Assembly (NCBI RefSeq): GCF_006345805.1
Contig: NC_043000.1
Span: forward strand, 163,990,001-164,054,000
Direction: 5' to 3'
From: Octopus sinensis
Lineage: Eukaryota
Length of the DNA: 64,000 nt
Below are positions 53,139 to 64,000 of this stretch, piece after piece. The first letter of the stretch is position 1; every line of letters starts with the position of its first letter. A model generated the notes under the pieces. The model was not told the DNA's origin. It did not search any database and saw nothing but the letters and a program-made list of their open reading frames with translations. A program made the translations under genes and the position numbers.

Positions 53139-54105
53139 GAGGCGGCGTGCTGGCAGAAACGTTAGCAGACCGGGCGAAATGCGTAGCCGTATTTCGTCTG
53201 CCGTTACGTTCTGAGTTCAAATTCCGCCGAGGTCGACTTTACCTTTCATCCTTTCGGTGTCGATAAATTAAGTACCAGTTACGCACTGGGTTCGATGCAA
53301 TCGACTTAATCCGTTTGTCTGTCCTTGTTTGTCCCCTCTGTGTTTAGCCCCTTGTGGGTGGTAAAGGAATAGGTATTTCGTCTGCCGTTACGTTCTGAGT
53401 TCAAATTCCGCCAAGGTCGACTTTGCCTGTCATCCTTTCGGGGTCGATTAAATAAGTACCAGTTACGCACTGGTTCGATGCAATCGACTTAATCCATTTG
53501 TCTGTCCTTGTTTGTCCCCTCTGTGTTTAGCCCCTTGTGAGTGATAAAGGAATAGGTATTTCGTCTGCCGTTACGTTCTGAGTTCAAATTCCGCCAAGGT
53601 CGACTTTGCCTGTCATCCTTTCGGGGTCGATAAATTAAGTACCAGTTACGCACAGGGGTCGATGCAATCGACTTAATCCATTTGTCTGTCTTTGTTTGTT
53701 CCCTCTGTGTTTAGCCCCTTGTGGGTAGTAAAGAAATAGGTATTTCGTCTGCCGTTACGTTCTGAGTTCAAATTCCGCCAAGGTCGACTTTGCCTGTCAT
53801 CCTTTCGGGGTCGATAAATTAAGTACCAGTTACGCACAGGGGTCGATGCAATCGACTTAATCCATTTGTCTGTCTTTGTTTGTTCCCTCTGTGTTTAGCC
53901 CCTTGTGGGTAGTAAAGAAATAGGTATTTCGTCTGCCGTTACGTTCTGAGTTCAAATGCCGCCGAGGTTGACTTTGTCTTTCATCCTTTCGAGATCGATA
54001 AATTAAGTACCAGTTACGCACTGGGGTCGATATAATCGACTTGATCCGTTTGTCTGTCCTTGTTTGTCCCCTCTGTGTGTAGCCCCTTGTGGACAGTAAA
54101 GAAAT
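53139..54105 (+). mobile_element. Family 1 SINE pentamer: one head plus five units of about 184 bp
   Basis: Junction AATAGGTATTTCGTCTGCCG at 53371, 53554, 53738 and 53922. Confidence 0.93.
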
Positions 54106-55199
54106 AATAAATTATTATCAAAGGACTTCAGCAACAAACATTTATGATCATCCGTGTCGACTTCTTATAATTTCGCAATCCGTATTTTGTAGAGAAAACA
54201 TGATGCGCACTTTATTGCATCTAAGATAGACGTAACTTTAATCAAAAGCATTTAACTGAAGTATATTTTCTGACATTTTTGCTAAGTAAGGCTTAACATC
54301 GGTTTCAAAGTGTTTGTTTTCACTGTAGTATGTATATAGTTGACGTAACCCACAATACAAGTTTTTTTGTATGGCTGTGATCAAAAGCAAATTTACTTTT
54401 AGCTTGCAGTCGTAGCAAAGATGAGACTGCATATTCCAAATCAGTTTCTTGATTTTTTGTCCTGTACACCGTACACAACGGCGAATAAGGCGCCCTGATT
54501 TTTTAATTCTTAACTGTAACAGAAAATTGCCGAGCGTCTAAAGCAACCGAATTGCAGATAGGATGCCGAGTGTATGAGTGCACGATGAAACATATTAAAT
54601 TTGATTGTGCGCGACAGAAGCAATTTTAATACGAAAAACTCCACCTAAATGTGGATGTCGTGTTAGAACACAGAATACTGCGATAGTTATCATGAGAGAA
54701 CCTCTCATATGGGCTTTTGATGCATATAAGTACTCTTGTTTCATCGCTAGCCGGGGGGGGGAGTAAATTAACCGCCATTGCCACCTCCGGGACTACTATA
54801 TCACGTGATTTCGGCCTTCCTTCGCCTTGTCAATGACAGACGCTCGACCGCTGGAAATAGCAGCGATTCCTCTGCTAGCGATATACATAGAATCTCAGTG
54901 CCTAATCAGGTACTTGGCATGTGGTTAATTAAACACTGTATAAATCAGAAATTCTTAAATATAAAATATTATAAAGCTTTACTGTGGGTAAAATAAGAAT
55001 GTCAATACATTCGTTCTATACTATTGCTGTGTTGAAAAAAGTGAGGGTGGACTCTCCTGATGGATCGTTTCGTGGTTTGTTGGCAGCTCCTCAGAAAAGA
55101 CGTGCCCGGCATATCAAAAGCGATCGCTTCGTCATATTTGAATTTATTTCAGGTCTTCCGACTTATGCTGTGATGTGCATAAAATAGATATTCTTTAGA

Positions 55200-55435
<236 letters not shown>

Positions 55436-56039
55436 TAAGGCGATGAATTGGCAGCATCGTTAGAATTTTGGACTAAAAGCCTTGCAGTGTTTAGTTATGT
55501 CTCTTAAGTCAAATCCTGCTGACTTGAAATATGTCTTCCATACCTCCGGGGTCAATAAAAATGAATACCACACAAGTACTGGGAGGGGATCAATAAAATT
55601 CACTATATCCCTTCTCCAAATGCATGTTTGTTTGAAAATTCAACAGTTTTACTACTTCAGTAATTAGTTTAAAATAAGCAAAAACATAAAATGACTAGTT
55701 GATGTGTTTAAGAAGCTAACACCATCACCAATACCACCAGCATGTCAACGCCATGGTTTCACCGCTACCACTACCAAAACTATTATGCCTACAATTGCAA
55801 ACACCATCGTTACCATCACAACTACCAATACCACTAGTGCTGTTACAACTGCTACCGCCACCATTTCATCCATGTTAACTATCACAACCACAACAACTAC
55901 AACTGTCACCACAAACACCAGTATCAGACTAACTACTACTATTTATGACGTGAGCCAATACCACGGCTATACATCTACACTAGCACGATCGAGGGGAAAT
56001 CACCACATGGATGCTCGAGTTACTAGATATGGCAACCAA

Positions 56040-57200
56040 ATCTCCCTGATCCAACTGTTTTTAGAAAAGACCATAAAGGACACATTGTTTTCTATGGAAA
56101 GGGACAGGGCTATCTTTGACTCACAGATAAAGTTATCTCAGCCGGTGTGGTTTCAATCCACAATCAGTTTCAACTGGTTAAACTGGAGGCCGGAATATTA
56201 CACTGCTATTTGTTTCGTGTGTGCTAATCAAAATTTAATGGGGAAATTGTGCAGTAAAACAAAGGAAGACCTGTGTTACACTTCAAAGGATTCAAAAATA
56301 TATTGGGACTCATGATTAATTAGAATATCATACATAGGTTCTCTCATTTGTAAATCCCTGTTTCCAAATGTAGAGACTTGTAGAGACTTTATCAAAGCTA
56401 CTCAAGATTCAAGTTTTTCAGTCGACAAGGTATTACTTTCGAGGGCCACTATCCAGATTTCTTCAGTTTTAAACAGTTAATTATTGTAAAGACAATTTTT
56501 CCCTGTAAAAATGGTTAGAAGCAAATTCTAAGTAGCAATCTGATTACCAAAACGAATTGTTACAAATTATGGATAGGCAAATTCTGTAAAATATCGAGAA
56601 TATCAGTAAAAATTCCATTCTTTCATTAATGGCTGATGACTTTACAGGTGTGTCAAATATGGAGCAAGACCTTCTCTCTCCATTCAACTGGCACAACTTC
56701 GTTTAGAAATTCAAGAAGATTTTCTTGAATATTATGAAGCCTTTGATATGAAATCCATTGTTTGCGTTATCAACGATGGATTAAGTAGTTTTCAGGTTTT
56801 TTTGTTCAATAGGGAAAACATAGAACGGAGGAAAGCAATATGTTGGAAATGAGGATTTGTTAGAATGAAGAATTTACAAATTAAATCTCTCGAAATTCGT
56901 ATCATAATCATTCTTTAAATTTATCTGATTATGATGTAACGTCACAATGTCTTATTCTGGATAACACAATGAACATACTAAGGATATTTGCATCCAAATA
57001 AGTTACTTTAAAAGAGAGAGAACATCTCTGAAGATTACAAGACAATATTTCTGGCTGCTATGATGAAGTTCATACTCAATTTCACATGACAAAATGTGTG
57101 CTACGTATGTGGATGCTAGTAGAGAAAATCATACAAAGGAATGATTATGGCATATTTCTGTGGAAGACGTCTCACGTGTGATTAGCAGCGGCCCAAAAGT
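56040..57200 (+). pseudogene. Decayed hAT transposase (TTF-type zinc finger plus DUF4371-like region)
   Basis: Fragments across frames: QPVWFQ..FNWLNW..AICFVC, KGFKN, QNELLQIMDRQIL, SLMADDFTGVSNMEQ, IQEDFLEYY, ESNML and HNHSLNL. Their order is colinear with hAT transposases. Confidence 0.7.
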
Positions 57201-57628
57201 GCATTTGAAAATTTGTAATTTGTAACATAAGACATGCAAATCAGAGCTTTTTTATTTGTCTGTTTTTTTTTTACTTGGCGTTGACACTTCATATGTATGC
57301 ATTAAGCAAACTACATCTATTTCAAATAATACAAATGACTGGTCATTTTTTTTCTGGTGTGAAGAGAGCGTTTATTTGGACGCCACCACCTCATCCAATA
57401 CGAAAGTATGCAGGTGAGGGAAGCTTATCTAAAGACATTTTTTAATTAGATATTAAACTGGGTAACGAGTTGTCAACTAACACAGAAGGAGTATGATCTG
57501 TGGAAGGTGTAGCTGCTATTTCTTGCAGGTTCTATTAACCATGTAGACATCGCCTCATTTGATCGTTTTATAATGCAGCCTTTGTATGTATTTGTATGTG
57601 TATGTATATATATATATTATATATATAT

Positions 57629-58081
57629 AAGTGCTCTCACGTGGCTAAGAGTTGTTTTAATTCTTATTTCTAGGCAATGCTAGTGCTCGCTATCACCCGC
57701 GGTCACTTTACTGATGACTATATTTGTTGCCTTTCGGTTGTAAACTGCGAGTAGCCACCTTAATAATTTATAATTCTCACTTCACCATTTTCGGAATCAG
57801 TCACTATTTCCCATGGTGTTCTACATAAGGCTGACACGATAAGTTAGATTCTTTAACCTTCGGCGACGGAGTAATGAGTCACTGACGAAGATTAATCAAA
57901 TCTGAAATCAGCGCTGATATGACTCGCTTGCCGTAGGTGAGGAGCTTGTCTCCCTAGTCAGTCGTTAGAAAAGTGCTCTCAAATGGGCTAAGAGTTGTTT
58001 TGACTCTTATTTCTAGCAATGCTGGTGCTCACTAGCACCCTCTATGACCTTAGTGACGACTATATTTGTTGCCTTTCGGTT
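57629..58081 (+). mobile_element. Retrozyme-like non-coding element: 111-bp direct repeats with a 342-bp period, enclosing a hammerhead ribozyme, inserted in (TA)n
   Basis: AAGTGCTCTC...TATATTTGTTGCCTTTCGGTT at 57629-57739 and 57971-58081. TA repeats lie on both flanks. No ORF. Confidence 0.75.
57856..57938 (+). ncRNA. Type I hammerhead ribozyme, complete core with extended stem I
   Basis: GAGTCA(57876-81)-CTGACGA-AGATT aatca AATCT-GAAA-TCA gcgc TGA-TA-TGACTC(57920-25). The triplet is AUA and predicted cleavage follows 57919. A distal helix ACCT.CGGCGA/TTGCCG.AGGT lies beyond an internal loop. Confidence 0.88.
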
Positions 58082-58104
58082 ATATATATATATCCTCTCA
58101 CACC

Positions 58105-58156
58105 GTCTCCGATGAAAGGATATAATTAATAAATATCCTAGAAACAGCTGTAAGAC
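58105..58156 (+). ncRNA. Minimal PLE-type hammerhead-like motif with CCGAUGA core
   Basis: GTCT-CCGATGA-A-AGGATAT aattaataa ATATCCT-A-GAAAC-AGCT-GTA-AGAC. Stem I is 4 bp, stem II is 7 bp, and stem III is palindromic. Confidence 0.72.
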
Positions 58157-58230
58157 TTTCTATCTATAAATGCTCGAATATCTACACAGCCTTGGGTTTT
58201 TATCTCATTACACAAAAAATTCTTACACAC

Positions 58231-58270
<40 letters not shown>

Positions 58271-58841
58271 TATTTATTATTCTTAACTGGCCGAAATTTC
58301 GAAGTCACTGTCAACATCATTCTTCTATAAGAATAACAAATTAGTACTCAACAAAAGTATAGAGTAACCCATCAGATTATTGTAAAATTGCTTTATTATA
58401 ACTGAATATATGTGTTTGTGTATGTGTGTGTATGTATATATACGCATAAACGAATGAATGCGTGTATATGTATACGTGTATATGTATACGTGTATATGTG
58501 TATCTGAAAATCTAGGTATTAAAGTTTGAACATATGCCAGTGTATACTTGTTTCATGAGAAATCTCAACAACCGCTTCCAGTTGTACTTAGTGCGTTTGT
58601 GTGCTTTTTAAATGTATTGGTACATGTACGTACATATTTGTGAATCTCTGAATACATGTGTGTGTGTGTGTGTGTGTGGTGTGTGTGTGTGTGTGTGTGT
58701 GTGTGTGGATATTCTTGAGAGATCTCGACAGACAATGTCAATTGGGAACACGGGACATTTCCAAGTAGCCAGAAGTGCATGGTATAGAATTGGTAAGGGG
58801 ATAAGCAAACACACCTGATGATATGTGTGCGTGCGTGTGTG

Positions 58842-58898
<57 letters not shown>

Positions 58899-59335
58899 TA
58901 TATTATATATATATATATAGATATATATATATATATAATATATATATATATATAAGAAAGAAAAGAAAAGAAAAGAAAAGAAAAGAAACAAACAAACAAA
59001 CAAAGACTGCGGGAAGGGAGAATAACTGAAAGCGGTGGAGAGAAAAGAGATTAGAAAAATTGCAAAACTAGCAAAAAAGAGAAACCAGTAATGCTACTAT
59101 TGCTGCTAATAATAGTAATAATGACTCGTCAACATTATCATCATCATCACTATCACCATTATTTGTAGAACAGACACACATGTATTATGTAAGAGTTAAT
59201 ATACATCTACACATATATATATATGTGTATGTATATGCTAGTATATAACATACACATCTCTCTTTCTCTCTTTCTCTCTCTTTCACTTTCTTTCTCTCTC
59301 TCTCTCTCTCCCTATATATATATATATGTATTATG

Positions 59336-59369
<34 letters not shown>

Positions 59370-59564
59370 ACTACGTGTGCATCGTTGGCGATTTTCTTTC
59401 TCCGTCTTCCCTTCTTTGGACTTTTTCTATATTTCTGGCGAAGAGCTCCGCTCGGAACGTGGAATCCTCTTTCTTTGCTTTCCTTTCCTTGAGCGTCCAA
59501 TAACTCTGTACTTATTCCACGTCTTCGCGTTATGTTTTTTCTTGCTGTTCATGTTTGGATTGAC

Positions 59565-59654
<90 letters not shown>

Positions 59655-59693
59655 TGTATATATATATATATATATATCTATATATATATATAT

Positions 59694-59725
<32 letters not shown>

Positions 59726-60154
59726 ATATTATATATATATATATATATATTATATATTATATATATATATATACATACATATATATATATACAGACACAC
59801 ACACACACACACACATATATATATGCGCAAAATAATAAAAAGAAAATAGAGAGTTCAGACACACATATGTTAATTTATTAACATAATATTAATAATCCTT
59901 ACAATTGTTTCAATTCAAACTCAAAACCAATAAGAAATTTATAAATATTTATATTTTGGAACATTTTGAGTAGAAATCTCATCAGGGTAAATCACGACGA
60001 AAAATTATTTTATCAAAACCGAAAGGATGAAAGGCAAAGTCAAACTCAGAACGTAAAGACGGATGAATCGCCATTTAGCATTGTGTCCGGCATGCTAACA
60101 ATTCTACCAGTTGAAGCGGTTCAAGTCTCGATTAGTAAACTTAATCCTGGAAAA

Positions 60155-60800
60155 GTTAGTTAGTTAGTTAGTTAGTTAATTTTTGGCTCAAAAGCAAATA
60201 ACAAGGCCATGTAGGGGGACATGGAGTTAAGTACAGGGTGGTGTTCATGTAAAGAGTTCAGGCCACTTGAGGTCAAGGGAGACTTTGAACAAAGCGGTCG
60301 TCGGCATCTTCGCCATCTCGTCTGGCAGCTTGTTCCACGGATCCGCAACCCGGACGGAGAAAGCTCCTCTCCTTCGATTGAGATGAAATCGTCGCGGATA
60401 GAGCTTTTCGGAGTGACCCCGCAGCCGACGCTCTGGAGCATGAGTGAAGAACAGCTCTTTCAAGAGGTTACACTTTCCACTTATGATGTTGTGAGCAAGA
60501 ATGAGATCACCACGGCGGCGGCGTTTTTCAAGAGAATAAAGGTCGAGCGTCTTCAGCCTTTCTTCATAAGACAAATGCTTGAGACCAAGAACCATGCGGG
60601 TAGCCAGCTTCTGGACTCTTTCGAGATGCTGTATGTCTTTGAGGATATAAGAAGAGGCTTGAATCCCGTACTCCAATATGGGTCTCACCAGCGTGACATA
60701 GAGTGGTAGGAATATGGCTGCTGTGAGCATTCCGAATGACCGTCGAATCAAGAACAGAATAGATGAAATCGCAACAGAGATCTTCCGGTTTGGAGGTTAC
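60155..60800 (-). mobile_element. 5'-truncated CR1-clade LINE 3' end with (AACT)n tail
   Basis: LYVTLVRPILEYG..LERVQKLATRM..SYEERLKTLDLYSLEKRRRRGDLI..LRGH..FSVRVADPWNKLP. Confidence 0.92.
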
Positions 60801-60829
60801 CATATGACAAAATTAATGGATAAAATAAT

Positions 60830-61645
60830 TTGTGATGTATGGAAGACTGGAAGAATGGAACAATACCAAAATCTTGGTGTGATGGTGTTATAATCTCCAT
60901 TTAGAAAGGATCACGAGATAAATGGAGACATTGAAGAGGAATCCCACTAATCTTTTGCCGACAAATACTTGCTCGAGTTCTCCTTACACGATTAAGCGAT
61001 AATATTTCACCGAATGTTTCCAAAAACACAAAGGTTGCAGTCTACAGAGTTTGTGTGCTTTCATCCTTTCCTTATTCATGGTAGACATGGGTAGTTTATA
61101 GGAAGCCCCCAAATTACTAGAGCAATTTCATCAACGATGTTTGCGCTCTATTCTGAAAATCAAACGGGTGCGCAATGTACCCGATTCTGAAGTGTTTGAG
61201 AGTGTTGATGTGAATGGCATTGAAACTGAAAATCATCGACATAGACTTCGCTAGAATCTGATCAACGCATAACCAAACAACTGTTGTATGGTCAGACAAA
61301 TGGAGTAAAGAGACCCCAATGTAAACCAAAAATGCGTTTCAAAGACTGAATAAGTAGTTCTCTAAGGCGTTTTAATATGGCACATGCAAACTGGGAGAGT
61401 AAAACAATAGACCAAGCAAATGGAGGAGAAAAATCCGAGAAGGTGCTATCTTGTTTGAAGATAACAAGCAGAAACTTACACTGATAAAAAGAGCAGCAAG
61501 AAATCGTTTACTTGTGGACACTGATCCTTCCCTCATAACTTGTGATACTTGCGCCTATGTTTGTCCTTTCTATGCTGGATTAGCAAGTCATAAGTGGAAG
61601 CAAGAATTTAGGATCCCTACTGACTTTTCACAGTCGCAATGTGAT
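60830..61645 (+). pseudogene. Decayed, internally deleted RTE LINE fragment
   Basis: RT fragment (NGTIPKSW..), then LLEQFHQRCLRSILKIK and a terminal CDTC..GLASHK finger. Confidence 0.7.
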
Positions 61646-61989
61646 TAATAATCTTTCTCTGTTGCAATAAGGTATGCAGAAATAAATCTGGGTTGACAAC
61701 GCACATGAAACGTCACAATAACAATAGTCCTTACAGCGAAATGAAGCCTTTTCATGTCATTTGCGTAAAAGTTCGTAAATATCTTGCAGGGATAAAGTCA
61801 TTTTCGGTCACTTAATATGTAGTCTCTCTCTAACCATCTGCTAGTAATTTTAGACTGTAAATATTCAACTCCATATTATCTGCGAGTTTGCGTGTTATTA
61901 GTTTTCGACTAGTCTGGTGCCTATGTGTATGCACTCTGCTGTTAAGAGTCATGCTCAATTAACAAGTTAACAGCCATTAAGTGTGTGAG

Positions 61990-62032
<43 letters not shown>

Positions 62033-62033
62033 G

Positions 62034-62076
<43 letters not shown>

Positions 62077-62085
62077 GTAGATAGG

Positions 62086-62181
<96 letters not shown>
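61990..62181. repeat. (AGAT)n microsatellite
   Basis: Direct inspection. Confidence 0.97.
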
Positions 62182-62182
<1 letters not shown>

Positions 62183-62249
62183 TAAACTTGAGCAAATTCG
62201 ATTCTAGTATCGGGAGAAACTTTGTGCAAGTATGAAAGCACGCTGGCAA

Positions 62250-62510
62250 AACACAGCCCTTCTAAATGGAAACCTTACCTGTCATTGTGCTTTTGTGGCA
62301 CGAAGTAAAGCAGGCCTTGTCATCCACTCAAGAAAACACAGTAAATGATCCACTAGCACTTGAGCAATCTGAATCCTCAACTTGTTCCTTTTGCCGAAAG
62401 GTCTGCAAGGCACCAGCAAGCCTCAAGAGTCACATTCATGTCCATGGAAGATGACTACCGCTTTATTTTACTGAACCCTTGTTCGTCGTTCACGACGAGA
62501 GAATCCATCA
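62250..62510 (+). mobile_element. RTE LINE 3' stub
   Basis: CSFCRKVCKAPASLKSHIHVH zinc finger followed by a short UTR with a TCGTCGTTCACGACGA hairpin. Confidence 0.65.
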
Positions 62511-62514
62511 TGTA

Positions 62515-62725
62515 TATACTCTTTTACAGTCATTTGACTGCGGCCATGCTGGAGCAGCGCCTTTAGTTGAACAAATCGACCCCAGGACTTATTCTTTGTA
62601 AGCCTTGTACTTATTCTATCGGTCTCTTTTCCGAACCGCTAAGTTTCAGGGACATAAACACACCAACATCGGTTGTCAAGCGATGGTTGGGGGACAAATA
62701 CAGACACAAAAACACAGACATAAAC

Positions 62726-62760
<35 letters not shown>

Positions 62761-64000
62761 AGCATTAAAGACCCGTCGTTGCCGGGTCATAGTGCTAGTG
62801 CATGTATATATGTGTATATATATGTGTACATATTACATGTACATCTATATATATATATATACACATCTACACATAAAATACAAAATACAAAGTTATATCT
62901 TGATATCACTAGTCTCATAGCAGCAATTCCACCAAATGATGTCAATGGTCATCTTCGAACCCGAAGGACGAACATTAGTGATAACGATACTCAAAATATA
63001 TAACAGACTGGAATTGTTAGCCCGTCTCTTGCAATTTCGATCAATTGTATCTTGTCCTCCCTCTTGTATAGAAGTGTGGCTACAATCCAGCCTACCTCTA
63101 CTACTGAGGGGGGGGGGGCATTTAAAATTTTTTTCCGGGACGTCCTACGTCCCAGATATAAAGGTAAAAATAAAATATTTCCACTTTGCAAGTTCGAGTC
63201 GAGTACTCCCTTGCACGCTCCGTTGACTCGAACCTTGCTTCTATTGTGGCGAATTTACCGCCTCTGATTAGATATCTTTCATAGTCGCACCAAGACACTT
63301 TTCGAAGGTGCTTTCTTCCATGTGTTCAAATCTTTTTTCTCTACATTGTATACTTTATAGACAATAGTATTTTCTTTAATTTAATTTTTTATTATCCATC
63401 TGGACTATTCCATTTCTGCACGCTAATTTTATGTTTAATTTATTCCCATTCATGTGAAACCACTTATTCAAGTTCAAGTCATTGATGCAATTTTATACCA
63501 ATTGCTATTTTTACTTTTTTTTATGTTACGATTATATTATACTTTAGTTTTATTTTAATTACTACTTACTACATATAATTCAATTGTTATTATTATTTTT
63601 ATTGTTAAAGTGAAAGTATCTGACATAAAATAGAGAAATGTTTTTGTTTCACTTTTAACACGTAATACTGAAATAGTGGAGAAGATATGATATTGCTATG
63701 GGCTCGCTCTAGGCAAGAAGTTGAACATTTTTTTGCCCATGAAACTACATGGACCCTAAGTAAGGCATGTGTAAAACTTGAATGAAATTGGTTGTGTAGT
63801 TCTCAAGTTTTAGGGAAACACACAGACAGACAGACAGACATTCTCGGTTTTATATATATAAAGATATACACGACGGACTTCTTTCAGTTTCCATCGACCA
63901 AATCTACCCACAAGGATTTGGTCGACCCGAAGCTATAGGAGAAGACACTTGCCTAAGGGTTAAGGCATGTGGTTCACGATCGTAAGGTCGTGAGTTCAAT
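62515..64000. mobile_element. Family 2 SINE/composite split by a Helitron insertion
   Basis: 62515-62757 and 63865-64000 join into the same composite seen at 25400-25835. Confidence 0.75.
62759..63864 (-). mobile_element. Complete non-autonomous Helitron-like element (1106 bp)
   Basis: On the minus strand: 5' A|TCTTTATATATATAAAACC, a subterminal (TGTC)n, and 3' hairpin GACCCG gcaacga CGGGTC then TTTAATG CTAG|T. Inserted between A and T with no TSD. Confidence 0.85.

Noticed and set aside
55704-56315. 203-aa Thr-rich ORF as a mucin-like gene
   Set aside because: The N-terminal part is ACC/AAC low-complexity sequence and the C-terminal part runs into the hAT transposase relic.
58288-58312. 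GGCC-GAAA-TTTCGAAG-TC, a 3' half of a hammerhead
   Set aside because: No CTGANGA or upstream GGCC partner is nearby, so the motif is incomplete.

Overview
AT-rich eukaryotic repeat-dense DNA with no host protein-coding exon that I can support. The SINE families and microsatellite load suggest an octopus/coleoid cephalopod genome (inference from recalled repeat families). The window contains a decayed mariner transposase and about 12 pieces of R4/Dong-like RLE retrotransposons from several subfamilies. All but one of these sit in (AAT)n tracts with fixed polarity, and one copy is nearly full length. It also holds a 555-bp non-coding element that shares the (AAT)n target, a near full-length RTE LINE, a Penelope-like RT relic, CR1/RTE/RTE-X 3' fragments, a hAT transposase relic, two non-autonomous Helitrons, tRNA-derived SINEs including headless tandem multimers, a tRNA-Glu pseudogene, and a 5-kb 22-bp satellite with higher-order repeats. 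The most notable signal is RNA-structural. A complete, extended type I hammerhead ribozyme (57856-57938) lies inside a 342-bp-period, direct-repeat-bounded non-coding element that looks like a retrozyme. Several further minimal or variant hammerhead motifs with palindromic stem III are scattered through the window, two with a CCGANGA core and two inside inverted-repeat elements. All structures were folded by eye and none has been tested computationally.
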